From Diplonema japonicum (Eukaryota; Protista; Euglenozoa: Diplonemea): 64,000 bases of DNA. Within the stretch, counting starts at the first letter, position 1; each line of letters opens with the position of its first letter. A program made the position numbers and the translations under genes. Below the pieces are notes generated by a model, which was given only the letters and a program-made list of their open reading frames with translations, was not told the DNA's origin and ran no database searches. This document shows, piece by piece, positions 30,601 through 33,014 of the stretch. Location: the NCBI GenBank assembly GCA_964019335.1, contig OZ025758.1, positions 124,001-188,000 of the forward strand, read 5' to 3'.

Positions 30601-32415
30601 GTAGTCCGGGTTCCCGGCGGGAGGGCTGCACGGCGCGGGCATCTCCACCGCCACCGCCACGCACGCCTGCTCGTTCGTGTGCGTCCTGCAAGGGTTCTCC
30701 ACGCAGGTCGACGGGGTCGCCCACATCACGTTCCACAAACACTTCGAGTCGCTCCTGCAGGACGACGCGTCCGTGTGGCCCGCGCACCCGGCAGGCTCCC
30801 TCCTGCAGTCCGACCCGTCCCACGCGCAACCGGCGCGGGCCAAACACGTCGTCTGCGTGCACAGCACGTAGCACTCCGACACCTGACACAGCGGCGTCTT
30901 CGAGGTGTCCCAGAAGCAGGCGCTGTCCGCCATGCACGACCCCTCGTCGCCGTTCCCGGAGCACAGGGGCTTGCTCGACGGGTCGAGGCACCGTCCGGAC
31001 TCCCACGCGCACTTCGGCGAGGCGGCGAGGCACCTGCACTTCTCCGTCACGTCGCTGCACACAAGCGTCTGGCACTTCTTGTCCCCGGCGATCTGGGAGT
31101 TCCAGTGGCACGGTCCGCCCGTCGTCCTGTCGGCGTTGCAGTCCTGCTCCTCCACGTGCGTCACCGCGCAGTAGTTGTCCACGCACTCCGCGGGGCGCTT
31201 CCTCGTGTCCCAGTCGCATCCCAGGTCCGCCTCGCAGGTCGGCTCCGTCGGGTACGAGTGGCACCCCCAGTCCACGCACACCCCGTCCTTCTGAGAGATG
31301 TCCCACTTGCACGAGCCGATCGGGAGCTGCGCCTCGCACGCCCCCTGGTTCGTCGCCCCGCCGCACCCGGAGGTCAAGACCTGCGACCCGTACACGTCGT
31401 CCTTGTTCACGCACAGGTCGCCGACACCCCCCCACTCGCACACGTACCCTTCGATGTTCGTGTGGGCGTTCGGGTAGTCGTTCCACTCGCCGTTCCCGTA
31501 GTAGTGTCCGTAGTCCTCACCGGTCGTGTCGCACGTCCCGGGGCAGGTCTTCGAGTACTCGTTCGGCTCTCCGGACTCCCAGTTCGTGAAGGCTCCCGCT
31601 GCAGGTTGGAAGCCCGCGCCCTTCCCGGTCCCGATCAGGGTCCCCTGCCCGCAGTCTGGTCCGGAGCACGGCGTCTTCGTCGCGGGGAGCGGGTACCCCA
31701 GGTCGCAGGCCGAACGCTGGGCCCCCGTCGCCGCCACGTTGTAAGGCGGGCACCCCTCGGGACCCGTCAGCCAGCGCCACTCCCCCTCCTGCGCCAGATC
31801 CCCGCTTCCGATCCACCCCTCGCCGTGCAGCTTCGCCGAGGCCACATCCTGCTCGTCCTGCGAAGTGATGGTGATGAGGTACCCCACGAGCCCCAGCACA
31901 TCCTTCGAGGTGTCCGCGCACTCCGCCTGCGCCTCGTCCCAGTGGCAGTTCCCTGCTGTGTTGCAGTTCACGCTGTTCTTCGGGTAGTACTCGTAGAAGT
32001 TTCCGGTGTGTGTGGAGTACATGGCGTGCCCGAAGTTGTAGGTCAAGCGGCGGGAGGTTCCAGCTCCCGACGTCGACTTGAAGGTCACAGACGAGATCGC
32101 CTGCGCGTACTCGTCGATCGTCGCATCCCCTGACATCTGCAGGATCCCCGTTGTCCTGTCGAAGGTGGGGGTGATCCCGAGCCCCGCACACGCTCCACAG
32201 GTCAGCGTGTCCGCCGCAGGGTCGAACCCATCCTCCACGTCCACCACGGACCCGCTGATCTTCGTCCCACAGCTGCACGCACCAGACGTGAAGGTGATGT
32301 CCGCACACTTCACGTCAGGGAACGGCGTCATGGGCACTCCCTGGTTGTACGCTGCCCCGAAGCACGAGGCTGCTAGCGACAGCAGCACCGCAGGGCGGTG
32401 CAATGCATGCGCCAT
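1..32415 (-). CDS. Giant (>10,805 aa, C-terminus outside window) secreted multi-vWA / C-type lectin / EGF-like Cys-rich adhesin-like protein
   Basis: ATG at 32415 reads MAHALHRPAVLLSLAASCFGAAYNQG (signal peptide). The same frame at positions 60..1 still reads vWA sequence (VTHAEHFLDLEIDDLVGRVL). The ORF track lists no minus-strand ORF in this frame between 1 and 32415, as expected if no stop occurs. The long plus-strand ORFs in codon register are its antisense shadows. GC3 bias is very strong. Confidence 0.93.
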   Translation of the reverse strand, partial: MAHALHRPAVLLSLAASCFGAAYNQGVPMTPFPDVKCADITFTSGACSCGTKISGSVVDVEDGFDPAADTLTCGACAGLGITPTFDRTTGILQMSGDATIDEYAQAISSVTFKSTSGAGTSRRLTYNFGHAMYSTHTGNFYEYYPKNSVNCNTAGNCHWDEAQAECADTSKDVLGLVGYLITITSQDEQDVASAKLHGEGWIGSGDLAQEGEWRWLTGPEGCPPYNVAATGAQRSACDLGYPLPATKTPCSGPDCGQGTLIGTGKGAGFQPAAGAFTNWESGEPNEYSKTCPGTCDTTGEDYGHYYGNGEWNDYPNAHTNIEGYVCEWGGVGDLCVNKDDVYGSQVLTSGCGGATNQGACEAQLPIGSCKWDISQKDGVCVDWGCHSYPTEPTCEADLGCDWDTRKRPAECVDNYCAVTHVEEQDCNADRTTGGPCHWNSQIAGDKKCQTLVCSDVTEKCRCLAASPKCAWESGRCLDPSSKPLCSGNGDEGSCMADSACFWDTSKTPLCQVSECYVLCTQTTCLARAGCAWDGSDCRREPAGCAGHTDASSCRSDSKCLWNVMWATPSTCVENPCRTHTNEQACVAVAVEMPAPCSPPAGNPDYCFLNVCEFDVMRAPACNPKACLHTKEGTCLQESGCKWVPLTTPAPAGPPSTLVDYCTQEKCQHVTMQQCENDPFCVWNDPLSKCEEGRCQKHLGELRCDQDRACHWDVTSSPSICLPTECGALTSQGSCAGNTKCAWQQPDVCVLTGCDKHSGKKCDCVQDPACTWVVDKTGANGHCSKTTFSTCPDLDVAFVLDGSGSMSRSFGNHPHGFYGLMETLRDWVRTLPLTGEDHTVGASSSAKGGGFRLTFIQFSKAEAKPSEDHPTNCAVGQCTDGLLSGDINELMGDIDWHEANYQSQWTYIHDALMDVADHTFLPSQSPPHRKHVVIIIADGGLTDYDGDACSAGTSCGQCPRGCDSRWKPSYPRILDDAQQKLRDEDVVVFGIIMRRFSYHTFQDDNAEAKLKPLVSTPRDDHFMNLMLDEIPGEVLEPFCDPTSKFGKVLVSPVTATHFQCATWGFKDECNADPVCEWQTPRLSSCSSGTGCPKLNCQGIPQQYKGMYDCEKCKLQRATIICGSSVKSAIRGTCSETHCAKCCDKSCCDADPTCNWKTPDNVCVRKVCEYTDQQACVNDPDLLCKWDGTKCDPKPCGAIFVREKCLKAPNADCQWDTAVDPPVCKPVATCTATTDAAACKSDPNCAWDCENSVCRDTRCPYPTPGSCAVSSDCEWTGVMCVEKKCTVARTQADCKACDSCSWNAASSVCSQDRCQPLNQPDCGRQTGLCHWDATKNECVPDYCPQYGDDEVKCDHDPRCHWSSGTTPASCQPTVCTTKHNTKYPGLGPNPTTMGTIDQGACTSDPECRPGSDNKGPYCYPARCSDHTNNCDCAADKKCYWDPSVTPPAPKCKDVQTSSCPDLDVAFVLDGSGSMNARFGSHPNGYYGMLEMLRDWMRTLPLTGEDNTVGVNSKVTGGTFRLAFVQFSIENEYWVCRNGADGCDGRKYRKQCPMPRLSGGRTCSNGQLTGDLSELENDLDWHETNHMSSLTYMAAALEDAVDIFHGSPSHRAHVLVIITDGQMNPLEPQKSTEIPPIRRKLDAEGVVTFGVVVRKGRQHTQADIEAEETLKPITSDDHDDHFVNVPLDDMLDEVFNDFCNPAGRFGAAIAQQVQIQNNGGGGGSTTTNPPAQSGAVPCSKWGVKLECRSDQACDWKTPAPSSCPGNNGCRNLNCLELPSAQRAAGMSCSNCLLSGGAVSCSFGTNNPVGSGYCGATKCEEHCSQGPCEQDTANDCFWDVDRCQRKVCQYPDKNRCESDPDSMCMWDTSKVPATCVPKTCLHFSQGTCNADKSCQWDPASQTCKDKTPDCGTIYDKLDCLNHVSGSCDWDCDADKCVKKVCGETSQGACQGSPAGCSWDAGSGACQKTRCTTAFTENACISDEACVWSGSSCAESKCYKHATEPTCDRDTDCHWDPTGCAGCKEKYCFKTFKDSGSCNADPKGQCTWDTANNKCVNKLCDTYNNPAMGPNRMCDCQADPRCVVDRSNPSNPVCRDQTFTQCPDLDVVVAFDGSSSMKKRFGTHPNGFDGLMEALRDWVTALPLTGERAGVPSTDRNGKVRVAFNQWDKGVRLAECPSCACVPAPGTTGDGIPTNSVMNRQGMNRPADNCGKLTGDRGQLHADIDWHESVGRRSQTLVKEAEEFAGEVFKESPSYRKKILLIFTDGRIQDKGSLGPAGAVLRAEGVQTFGIVLSRGNPTNKDQQNLEILKEIVTPPEDSHALMMQIDEAHQVLDDFCNPNSVFGALITSGSSTNGGGGGGSGSAVHSPACNTIQRTADCEARKTCEWSGLAAACTDHPCFRHCSETDCVADTTNKCKFNSGTLQCEKSACTDNTNAPDCRNSGCTWDPSKNPPCYDGPCQATDRMTCNNLGPQCTWDASIRPTAMCVKTPCFYPSKAPCAADANCEWDEVCADPSDQKCVPKRCSQPGHQTQAGCVADSWCVWTSSLTCELGLCAKYPTEKCCDHNDACHWSVTTFPPVCTEKYCPRTYPSQGTKTQCDADSKCMWDSGKLLCVEEDCSKLAKCPCRAHPDCYWDAQHNKCTDQKFGGCPTMDVVMLLDGSGSMDAWFGNHPHGFYGLIEILRDWVRTLPLTGEPAGTNTGPGPASGGLRLGFVQFSGQNPWRRRRGRSEAIQTPGGVGTGGHLSGDLREINRDLDWHERNYMGEGTMIEKGLVMVGDMFDASHQHAVRPRVLIIFTDGKIYDPNKLAPARRVLDQEDVQTFGIVLRKQQQHTKADWDAEATLKPITSDPHDDHFQNLMLDEVPGSVLGDICDPNGKWGHLVAALAKKTGGGGGTQTQGGKHQPCRNYNDPHTCSVDPGCEWHPAGFECKDSPCMAHCDKTSCVKDLTNLCTWNGQECWKDTKCAYTDRTSCLSSPDLCTWDKTGKCVSPPCTPNKNQADCNADQNGCSWVPNPNGGGNSICVVSPCSSAFQSTCLADPNCKWDYPLCGSTTNLQCMQKGCDTIGSRSTCTADVHCVWDPALSSCKDRQCAQFRTERCCDKDPLCKWDPAASPALCAVKKCPAIKTQKKCDTQSDCMWDATANPAHCTDLDCSKFPNMCPCNQHSKCYWKPGAGTTGAGGCVTIQFGECPTLDIVLVLDGSGSMAARFGNHPHGFDALMEMMRDWIRTLPLNGEPATVGINSKQGNGGVRVGMVQFSGRNRRRSEARKTPWGKGTAGRLSGVLPELEDDIDWHEDNYMGEGTMIEMGLSMAADIFHESPVDGRQRVLFIFTDGKIYDPNSLSGARAELDREGVQTFGIVVRKAVQHTKADWDAEATLKPITSDPHDDHFKNVMIDEVPDLMRGICDPNGPWGHLIVKNPPQPSSGYHLPCPDYKTQGTCKKDPGCSWSDVGAVCLNSPCLMHCSDSACRADPNNKCTWVNGSICTNAPDPKCDCEFNTGDPVYDEQMCRSDPKCQWDAASGACQHDQCAPGNVGALTCGAKNQKCVDPNPAPCKDDWHCDCVPPAVRVGGGSPGKFAAQCELDECVVQTCPTCARTTCSDANQDCNDPNPTTTSLNDWTCTCRDPYKGMAVANAAVCQLDECVVQTCPTCAKTTCSDKGQTCHDPDTTTLSDWTCTCPPPSTQSMLTAAVPSCDVDECKLHKSTCENADQTCLDPNPAKLGDWMCKCKPPTNGSATAQVAWCQLDECVVQTCPTCAKTTCSDENQLCTDPNKAAHSTGDWKCLCKDPYKGSAIASAASCKMDECAPTCVGPTCAKTTCSAVKQICHDPDFTKLSDWTCSCPPPSKLPPVKLGPVTPGCDVDECKLHGTTCTNQKQTCQDPNKLVADDWKCVCPPPMNGTAIAQAASCQLDECVVKDCATCANDTCSSVGQTCNDPNPSVLSTLDWTCTCPPPYTGVAIANQATCVLDECATTCTGPTCAGTTCSDKNQTCHDPDTSKLSDWTCTCPPPATQSAVTAAVASCDVDECDKMKDICLNVGQVCVDPNKLVSGNWQCQCKPPMNGSATAQPAHCQLDECVVQDCPTCANDTCSSVGQSCNDPNIASTSTSDWTCTCPPPFKGVAIANQATCLIDECVEKCPTCSDNTCSNASQICNDPDHSKLSDWTCSCPPPAQKPAQLLGPVTPGCEVDECDLHKHTCTNHDQDCVDPNPSKAGDWQCKCRPPMNGTATAMPAECKLDECVVQTCPTCAKTTCSDKGQTCHDPNTAGTSTSDWTCTCPPPSTGVAIANAADCVIDECVADCPTCSNKTCVNEGQTCHDPNIASTSLSDWICTCPPPSTGFATAKAASPCVVDECKIPDNEAKCADAGQLCVDPNPTLGSRNDWECRCVVPPAVKKASAVMKPADCEYPGECKTDPEALKCTDAGHLCDDPNPSPSSTKDWVCMCAPPTKGANATASANVVCETDECVEVCPTCAQTKTSPGNLCASEGQLCEDPDKSTFGDWVCKCPTPWTGGPATTALANCTLDECVVTDCPTCSKGTCANEGQTCHDPSIDVHSLNDWICTCAPPAVGSATAKPATCVCDECKEATQVCAPANQICYDPDTSCDKKGDYVCECKAPLSGVATAKPASCEVDECLEKGATCTAAGQKCNDPDKTKLGDWQCLCPPPSTGMAVAQAAAGCALDECVEACPTCANSTCADADQTCNDPNPTTTSLSDWTCTCKPPGANSATAKAAAACVCDECLSDTVCAAANQTCFDPNTACGTPSDFECECPPPMIGKATGKAAAPCEVDECELKAATCLAQGQTCFDPDLTRVGDWECRCKPPSTGNATAMPAECVYDECVIQDCPTCANSTCSDAGQECEDLNTAPSSTSDWVCKCPPPSNHSATAKVAECDLDECKDPKKAGQCTENCDPGTLDCGQTCYDPNPTAGSVGDWMCLCPSPATGKQTAGPVVHCEYDECEEKAAVCLTEEQTCFDVDLKKLNDWTCQCPPPATGNATMRGARCLLDECVEQNCATCANDTCSKAGQECEDPDTASKGDWMCKCPPPSTHVATAKVAQCDVDECDLPQNNCTANCEGSDPKAPNCQQTCFDPNVASTSLGDWVCNCPPPTTGKAVAQAAMCAVDECEEHGATCVAEGQTCEDRNTSRLGDWECVCPPPSSGRAVAQKAKGCVLDECVSACGTCANDTCSAKQQTCEDPDTSPSSKSDWVCKCPPPSTNTATGKAAECGVDECEKQGWKCVADCRGALNCAQTCFDPDTSATSLGDWTCVCGPPSTDKAVAKAAVCTVTPCVHDNEAACEQDPDGCEWALLPSPTCKKLPCQHTTESKCEGEEGCEWLVYSGAASNKKTGAVSYEVLMPLNPFPNATCEGSCGCASETSAVVKIGSGYVSGKDSLTCGACGSSSSPPVSVNWTEGSGTLLLTGGVGADGAKLAEIVASVEFTTSSKDGARRKLSWNFGTVVAASKPACGGDEVTLIGGACVTEKCNYTTEGTCESDPFCDWIGGTTDPCVIAPCVLYPDEKECSKDEDCRYDVSSSPAMCKEKPCRAFKGSVECDAEDECMWEPGKTKCVEKECSKFDGDRCKCQAEDRCYWDVRASSPKCVESKFGECPVLDVVLLLDGSGSMSEAFGRHPNGFYAMMEMIRDWAMTLPLTGEDRTVGKASTAPNGGLRMGLIQFSGPVPEAVKTPLGVGSEGSLTGDLKELQEDIDWHEANYIQGSTFIATGLNWAGAMFAFSPSTRQKVLLIVTDGAIKDTAALAPATALLTSQGVRVFGVVLRKAAVHTKLDVDAEAALKPITSDDHDDHFMNVLIDEMPGQVLNGICDPNSKWGQLLMPAGAQQEKQAGMHMPCPQHLDQAGCAADPGCVWSSVGLSCVDSPCVAHCEEPKCSKDTLNHCEWKVVNGTTEPSCWVASLCAHGDDEAACDADEQCAWDRKKKCVERPCNQPNEVECEADPAVCEWLAGKKTCVEKPCKHTAPDDCNSDAACEWDACAGVVGGGACQKKSCDATVFTDEVACTKDTRCSWVGGACAQEPCAIHSGERCCNADGDCHWDISVSPAQCSLTYCATMNKDEPKCNSDSACVYEQNKCVEKECGKLSECECKKDTGCFWNGAKQFCAADKFGQCPTLDLVLLVDGSGSMSQSFGRHPHGFEAMMEMVRDWLTTLPLSGEKGSVGVNSAADSGKVRVGIVQFSGKNARGADPGKAEAQSAPAGVGTSGSLSGDLVELNADLDWQEDNYYGGGTMVSKGLDDVAEMFRASPNDGRQRVLIIITDGQIFDPNALSKARGELDKEKVQVFGVVVRRADAHTPIDDLAEQTLKPIVSSPHDAHFQNLMIDEVPTMVLGDICDPNGKFGSLVVGKQSGNSSSSSSSGLHKPCKQHVLTGECNADAGCVWYDATLSCADTPCVQHCDEGECKADTANTCMWEAAKGVCQKEPKVGCDSLSVTECPQNPGCELSDNKTTCLDKKCVHDTEPGCLADPDKCVWNNLKQECTERPCNYVEEAACTGDAVCDWNSGNNSLSYSKGVAMFPFASLTCDEATTTCPGKCGGLVNGAAVSIDSADYIKGKDTLECAECPALGMKTEWSASTGSLVLTSMDGQEKSLTAFAEAMAKVSFKTSSAAGKERSMTWNYGEGVFDARTGHYYRYYASETPCQSPGGVKLAACTWEKAKQACAEKSFLGTAGYLLTVTSPEETEVARDRVAGEGWMGASAAGGAWTWSTGPEAGQPISSYDNWMVGQPSAAAADAYFFPNGEWSSVDPVDDTKAVLGYACEWGGASNSPACIGSVGTVVVNAGGCIEKKCTETSRAGCVADPYCDWLVDTTTCVQKPCTEVMEELPCNKREGCHWSPSISPAMCVEEPCAKLKDTPTCNADSDCMWDDGKKKCVEKNCNDLAKCPCVEDPKCFWKASSAGSGSGSGSGSCVKNSYGECPTMDVVLLVDGSASMSQSFGHHPHGFFALMEMLGDWMKKLPLNGEAASVGAASQAGTGKVRVAVVQFSGRQQFFSPPNTWSGPVVDSVAVSPVGVGTAGRLSGVASELKSDVDWHESNYLEAGTYVAKGLKRAATVFTTSSPVDGRQRVLIVITDGMIQDAGADKDIMAQARQELDGLSVQTFGIVVRRFTQHTQTDMDAEATLKPLVSLPKDEHFMNLEIEEIPEKALNGLCDPNGLWGHLVVDPTQHQHAAASGVHQPCANSVTKTGCVADRGCTWSEALTACLESVCVAHCDQPKCEAEKAAACQWDATVEECFKKEVCKYTEATACNGDAECVWDAKKTECVETPCTYPDEKSCIADATYDCVWSTVKKECKEKPCVYNTSADCNADAGCMWEAACAKPEDQMCIVKPCTHTNETACKQDVVCTWDGGCSVATCAHYPDEKCCNSDHGCHWDVKQAPSVCSELPCRKLKSEGTCGADRGCMWEPSSATCLEKRCSEHPDKCACEADPDCYFVAKGGDPHCTFQRYGTCPTLDVVVLLDGGVSMGRKFGRHPQGFYALIEVVRDWAKTLPLSKDAAATPPAANTQTVRLAFVQFAGSELWPANDAKQALSATGYGTSEGRLTGSLEEIGKDLTFLEDNFMGSNAARQPAPQTTYLLAGMLKAASLFKTSPVDGRRRVLIIVADSPLADKDKYQTVLAELSASQVVVFGASVRPLTSQTADDLQAEADLKQVVSDPKKNHFVSVEVDQLATSLNGLCDPNSEWGKYVAETAQQQQHKPCNLHAEKLVCNKDAGCVWFDSTLSCGDSPCLTHCSEPVCKADFMNRCVWSGSACEKEEICKHVDVAACEADFECEIDNTGSCIGKKCKHDTEQGCVADPDTCVWNNIKATCEKKPCNYDNLDQCELDTDCEWKPLVPECVPKLCAYKNQTACETVEPGMCEWKKSSSNNTNECTPLPCKEYLSEIECKLDSGCDWTTECEPKYCERYAGEENACDGDGLCMWDKMEKKCVDKDCEAFQNDTCRCHKDSDCFWDKGVCKTGKFGECPTLDVVLAVDGSASMTQTFGRHPHGFYGLMEVLKGWTGKLTLSGEKAGEPTTKAGSSGKTRVGVVQFSGKPAIKIPGTDLVDGAQKTPTGTGSGGRLTGDGAELKADLVWQETNFMEGGTYLAAALDVSADMFQASPKDGRKRVLLIFTDGMVQDADKLVDARKRLEQEQVMTFGIVVRRFNTHTQTDKDAEATLKPITSKPHAEHYYNLLLDEISDTLDGLCDPSSMWGKYIVEATSQQAGVHRPCGNYKEKDPCNGDSGCVFRDVLAACVDTPCIKHCAEDLCKADTSNKCFWKGDESVCYKEEGCQTHAAEPSCNADGTCAWRDAKCVDKPCNYPDENSCTADSTYDCEWLSKDGSCQEKPCQHTEEGACNADGGCEWDTACVATGIPAVCVPKPCQYSEAGACSADARCEWGNTTQRCEVRPCVSFADERCCNHNEELAGCHWNVKQSPAICSVGPCRKFDQTNCDNERSCMWEQGKNRCVEKDCNKLTDKCACEADPDCYYSTASGKSHCTFQRYGTCPTLDVVVLLDGGVSMGRKFGRHPQGFYALIEVVRDWAQSLPLSGDAGSVATPAADSQTVRLAFVQFAGSELWAAGDSRQALTPTGPGTSEGRLTGSLEEVEKDLTFLEDNFMGGSLLTQPTPQMTYLLAGMEKAVSLFRTSPVDGRRRVLIIVTDGELDDKDQYKKVRAELDQAQVQVFGAVVRPFDTHTALDEKAQQTLEPLVASPKKGHIVNLQVDELAGSLSGLCDPNAEWGRFVGYPTGGRQPCQLHGMKDSCNKDAGCVWFDSTLSCADSPCLKHCSEAECRADHALNLCEWKSGACGKEEVCNHGQQAACEADTAGCEWLSGGNTCIGKECKHDNEQGCLADPVVCAWDNLKQECEKKRCVYDNADSCNLDAKKECVWNVEAVQCEVKKCTPYTTEEECETREPGMCEWDDQKSVGEKCTPALCKQYTSEKLCVSDDSCEWSTAVAPGTCDVKYCRKYCDVKTSICDEDECNQDPACLTDPSSSICRKKECGLLQDQCACHKEPECFWLAGEKSCVDQRYGTCPTLDVVVVFDGSASMSQVFGRHPHGFYGMVEMLRAWAKGLPLSGEKAGAASTTTSASRKVRVAFVQFSGVATAPLTKTPIAGSAVKTPAGVGTAGRLSGDFGELSADLDWHEANFMEKGTYVNLGLQMAASILQSSPTDGRRRAVYIITDGQLQDQSYLEDAKAKLDTVGAEVFGIVVRRFTSHTKVDTDAEEALKPVTSAPHSAHFVNVDMDELASEKGPLTQLCDPATAFGSSIAMGVRAGGKHQPCGTYTAKRDCMRDAGCVWSQLTCTTSPCVMHCDENTCHKDVANDCLNGWDSTDETCYRKEECAGGDSQACEAEAGCGWNATSAACGERPCYHTTEDGCLSEKEFACEWKADRSDCIVRPCVGKSTQQECEAEPRVCEWDAAAAANNNNNKEQCTPLKCVPHKDKDTCKKDVLCQWEEVAQNCVVRPCVLYENDMTCDADKKCHWDTTAAPGSCQLEPCARYENETTCDLDTTCKWVGKESACVKKTCHTIPTRCECQKDTSCFWSTQGGKARCEEQVFGKCPTLDAVLVLDGSGSMSQAFGRHPHGFYAMMEMVRDWVRTLPLSGELSSVGAGSAASTGGVRLGLVQFSGEPNSVNPATGGVVNSAQRTPLGVGTEGRLSGDLKQLEGDISWHEGNYMAQLTFIEEGLNMAADMLTNDSPLDGRRRIVIIITDGVLMDGDRLTTVRAKLQQLQVLTFGIAVRRFKAHSAEDDAAEAALKPVVSELADDHFMSLTMDEIPTEVLTGLCDPSSRWGRFVSATNGGSAGTGDGPVPCVQLDEKLVCNRNGGCVWSDTTLSCGATPCYDHCEEAECTADVDNHCVYNAGTQGCEKETPCSHDTAPACARDAECMWDNGNNTCVEKPCKHGDEEPCLLDPTSCVWDSVVGVCTLEPCKTQRTEVGCKDLAETCTWDTSDANRIGAVCKPRRCVSCPAGNQTCCEAAENKVWCDFEKDTGACVEKPCVGYVDELSCSSATESQCEWDPTTSPGMCKEKYCAKYNETTCDLEPACTWDFGTCGTKRCEDVHEHCACTTDPGCFWHDGTCVDVHYGACPTMDIVVLLDGSGVMTQPFGRHPNGYFALIEMLKDWVYLLPLPGDVGAAGKDPTQYARGSARVAVVQFGGDERLVDASGKVPGSALVSPDGAKGRLSGYVPELRQDLSFQEHFHMAKDTFLASALDMAAGLLSGPLYPADGRKKIVLVLSGSPVMDENRLADPLAKIQSAGAHLVGIVVRRSDSHAVVDNEAEASLKPIVTEPTAAHFANIAIDDLKEKVFDKWCNPSTAWGSWLVELKTTDSHLPCSFHKGSAECNRDSGCAWDEGLVACTVSPCLQYCSKELCEDLSDPAYRCRFNVSGDATCSKEKVCAHADQQKCLQDYECDWMNDRCEPSPCQHHTEPACVSDLAGCEWVNGVKCEKKECVHAEAVDCTADGDRCEWDQTASVCGVKACTHASAKPCEEDAKCVWNTNAKCEKKRCVGHLEEGSCIAEAGCEWDVTASPAFCKETYCSRWTTKGDCVSDAACAFDEQGSNICVPSTCMRHDGKPCECAAEPSCFWVETRSACVEAAFGACPPVDMVVAFDGTMPMGWGFGRHPNGFEALMEMLKDWVRDLPLNGDSYIVPKAAAKAEGTRVAFVQMGTDVQPMLVTSPTTPSTPSAAGLLSGDVNQLLGDLAFHSVNMIGGGNGGRFTERTMEHIHTIFSSQSPTTRAQAVLLVTSGKVSDEDKLKVAMEKLDPTVQVFGVSLRRLSTRTPQDNAAADQMKTLVSVTHAEHFLDLEIDDLVGRVL
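12115..12880 (-). other. Giant ORF: internal Ig/cadherin-like domain plus C-type lectin domain 2 (degenerate sugar site)
   Basis: TGSLVLTS...MAKVSFKTSS...TGHYYRYY...WEKAKQAC...GYLLTVTSPEE...GWMGAS...WTWSTGPEAG...YDNWMVGQPSA...NGEWSS...GYACEWGG. A third copy of the Ig-like domain without a lectin lies at ~16060-16380. Confidence 0.8.
16590..21830 (-). repeat. Giant ORF: tandem array of about 31 EGF-like Cys-rich repeats (~50-60 aa each)
   Basis: Recurring DEC...C...QxCxDP...DWxCxCPPP..G.A...A.C unit; about 31 DEC-type starts counted by eye, many nearly identical at nucleotide level. Confidence 0.8.
22200..30050 (-). repeat. Giant ORF: vWA domains 1-5 (starts near 30045, 28045, 26125, 24485, 22865), each preceded by Cys-rich repeats
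   Basis: Each begins CP(D/T)(L/M)D(V/I)xxxxDGS(G/S)SM, followed by FGxHPxGFY or, in #3, FGTHPNGFD; MIDAS DxSxS is intact in all five. Confidence 0.88.
31420..32350 (-). other. Domain of giant ORF: Ig/cadherin-like domain followed by C-type lectin domain 1 (EPN and WND motifs intact)
   Basis: Translation GILQMSGDATIDEYAQAISSVTFKS...TGNFYEYY...WDEAQAEC...GLVGYLITITSQDEQ...GWIGSGDLAQEGEWRWLTGPEG...FTNWESGEPNE...EDYGHYYGNGEWNDY...GYVCEWGG. Confidence 0.85.
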
Positions 32416-32550
32416 CTTCTCACACGAGTTTTTGCTTTTTGTTTGAACTCCCTTATATCCGGGTGTTCAGTAGTAGTAGCTTTTGTTGTCTCTCGATGGA
32501 TATATAGTTTTTTGTGTGTATGGGGGGGGGGGGGGGGGGAGAACCTTTGG

Positions 32551-32818
32551 TGTGTTTGAGTTGTATTGGATAAGCACGTGGGGAATAAAAAAAAAGCAGA
32601 AAAAAGAAAGAAGTGTAGGGATGAAATGAAATGGTTTCAAAAGAGCTTTGGTGTAAAATGAAACAAAATGTTTGAATCTCATTTGACATTGGGAGTCAGA
32701 GAGAGTGCATGTTGTTTCAATTTTATCAATCGGGGGAAGGGGGTGAGGAGGGCGACCGCAAAGGACAGCACTTGTTCAAAAAAAAAAAAAAGATAAAAAT
32801 GAACGAGTGTCATAAAAT
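32551..32818. repeat. Duplicated intergenic module, copy 1 (upstream of giant ORF)
   Basis: tgtgtttgagttgtattggataagcacgtg...gaacgagtgtcataaaat is nearly identical to 35450-35729. Confidence 0.92.
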
Positions 32819-33014
32819 TTACGTGACGAGCAATACTGATGTGGTGATTCTATGCGATGCAAGTAGGGAAAGGTGGCACACACAAGGAAATGAAATGAAA
32901 ACTATTCTTTTAAGGTATGCGTTTTTGCGCTCACTGGCCGCGCTGTGAAAAGAAACAGGTGGCTGAAATGTTGTAAGTGGGAACAAACAGAAGAGACGAC
33001 AACACACTCGCTCT

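Noticed and set aside
43-32133. Very long plus-strand ORFs (e.g. 11908-24609, 4233 aa; 5032-11691) and off-frame minus ORFs
   Set aside because: Antisense or frame shadows of the GC3-biased giant ORF; R/V/L/A-rich translations have no domain motifs
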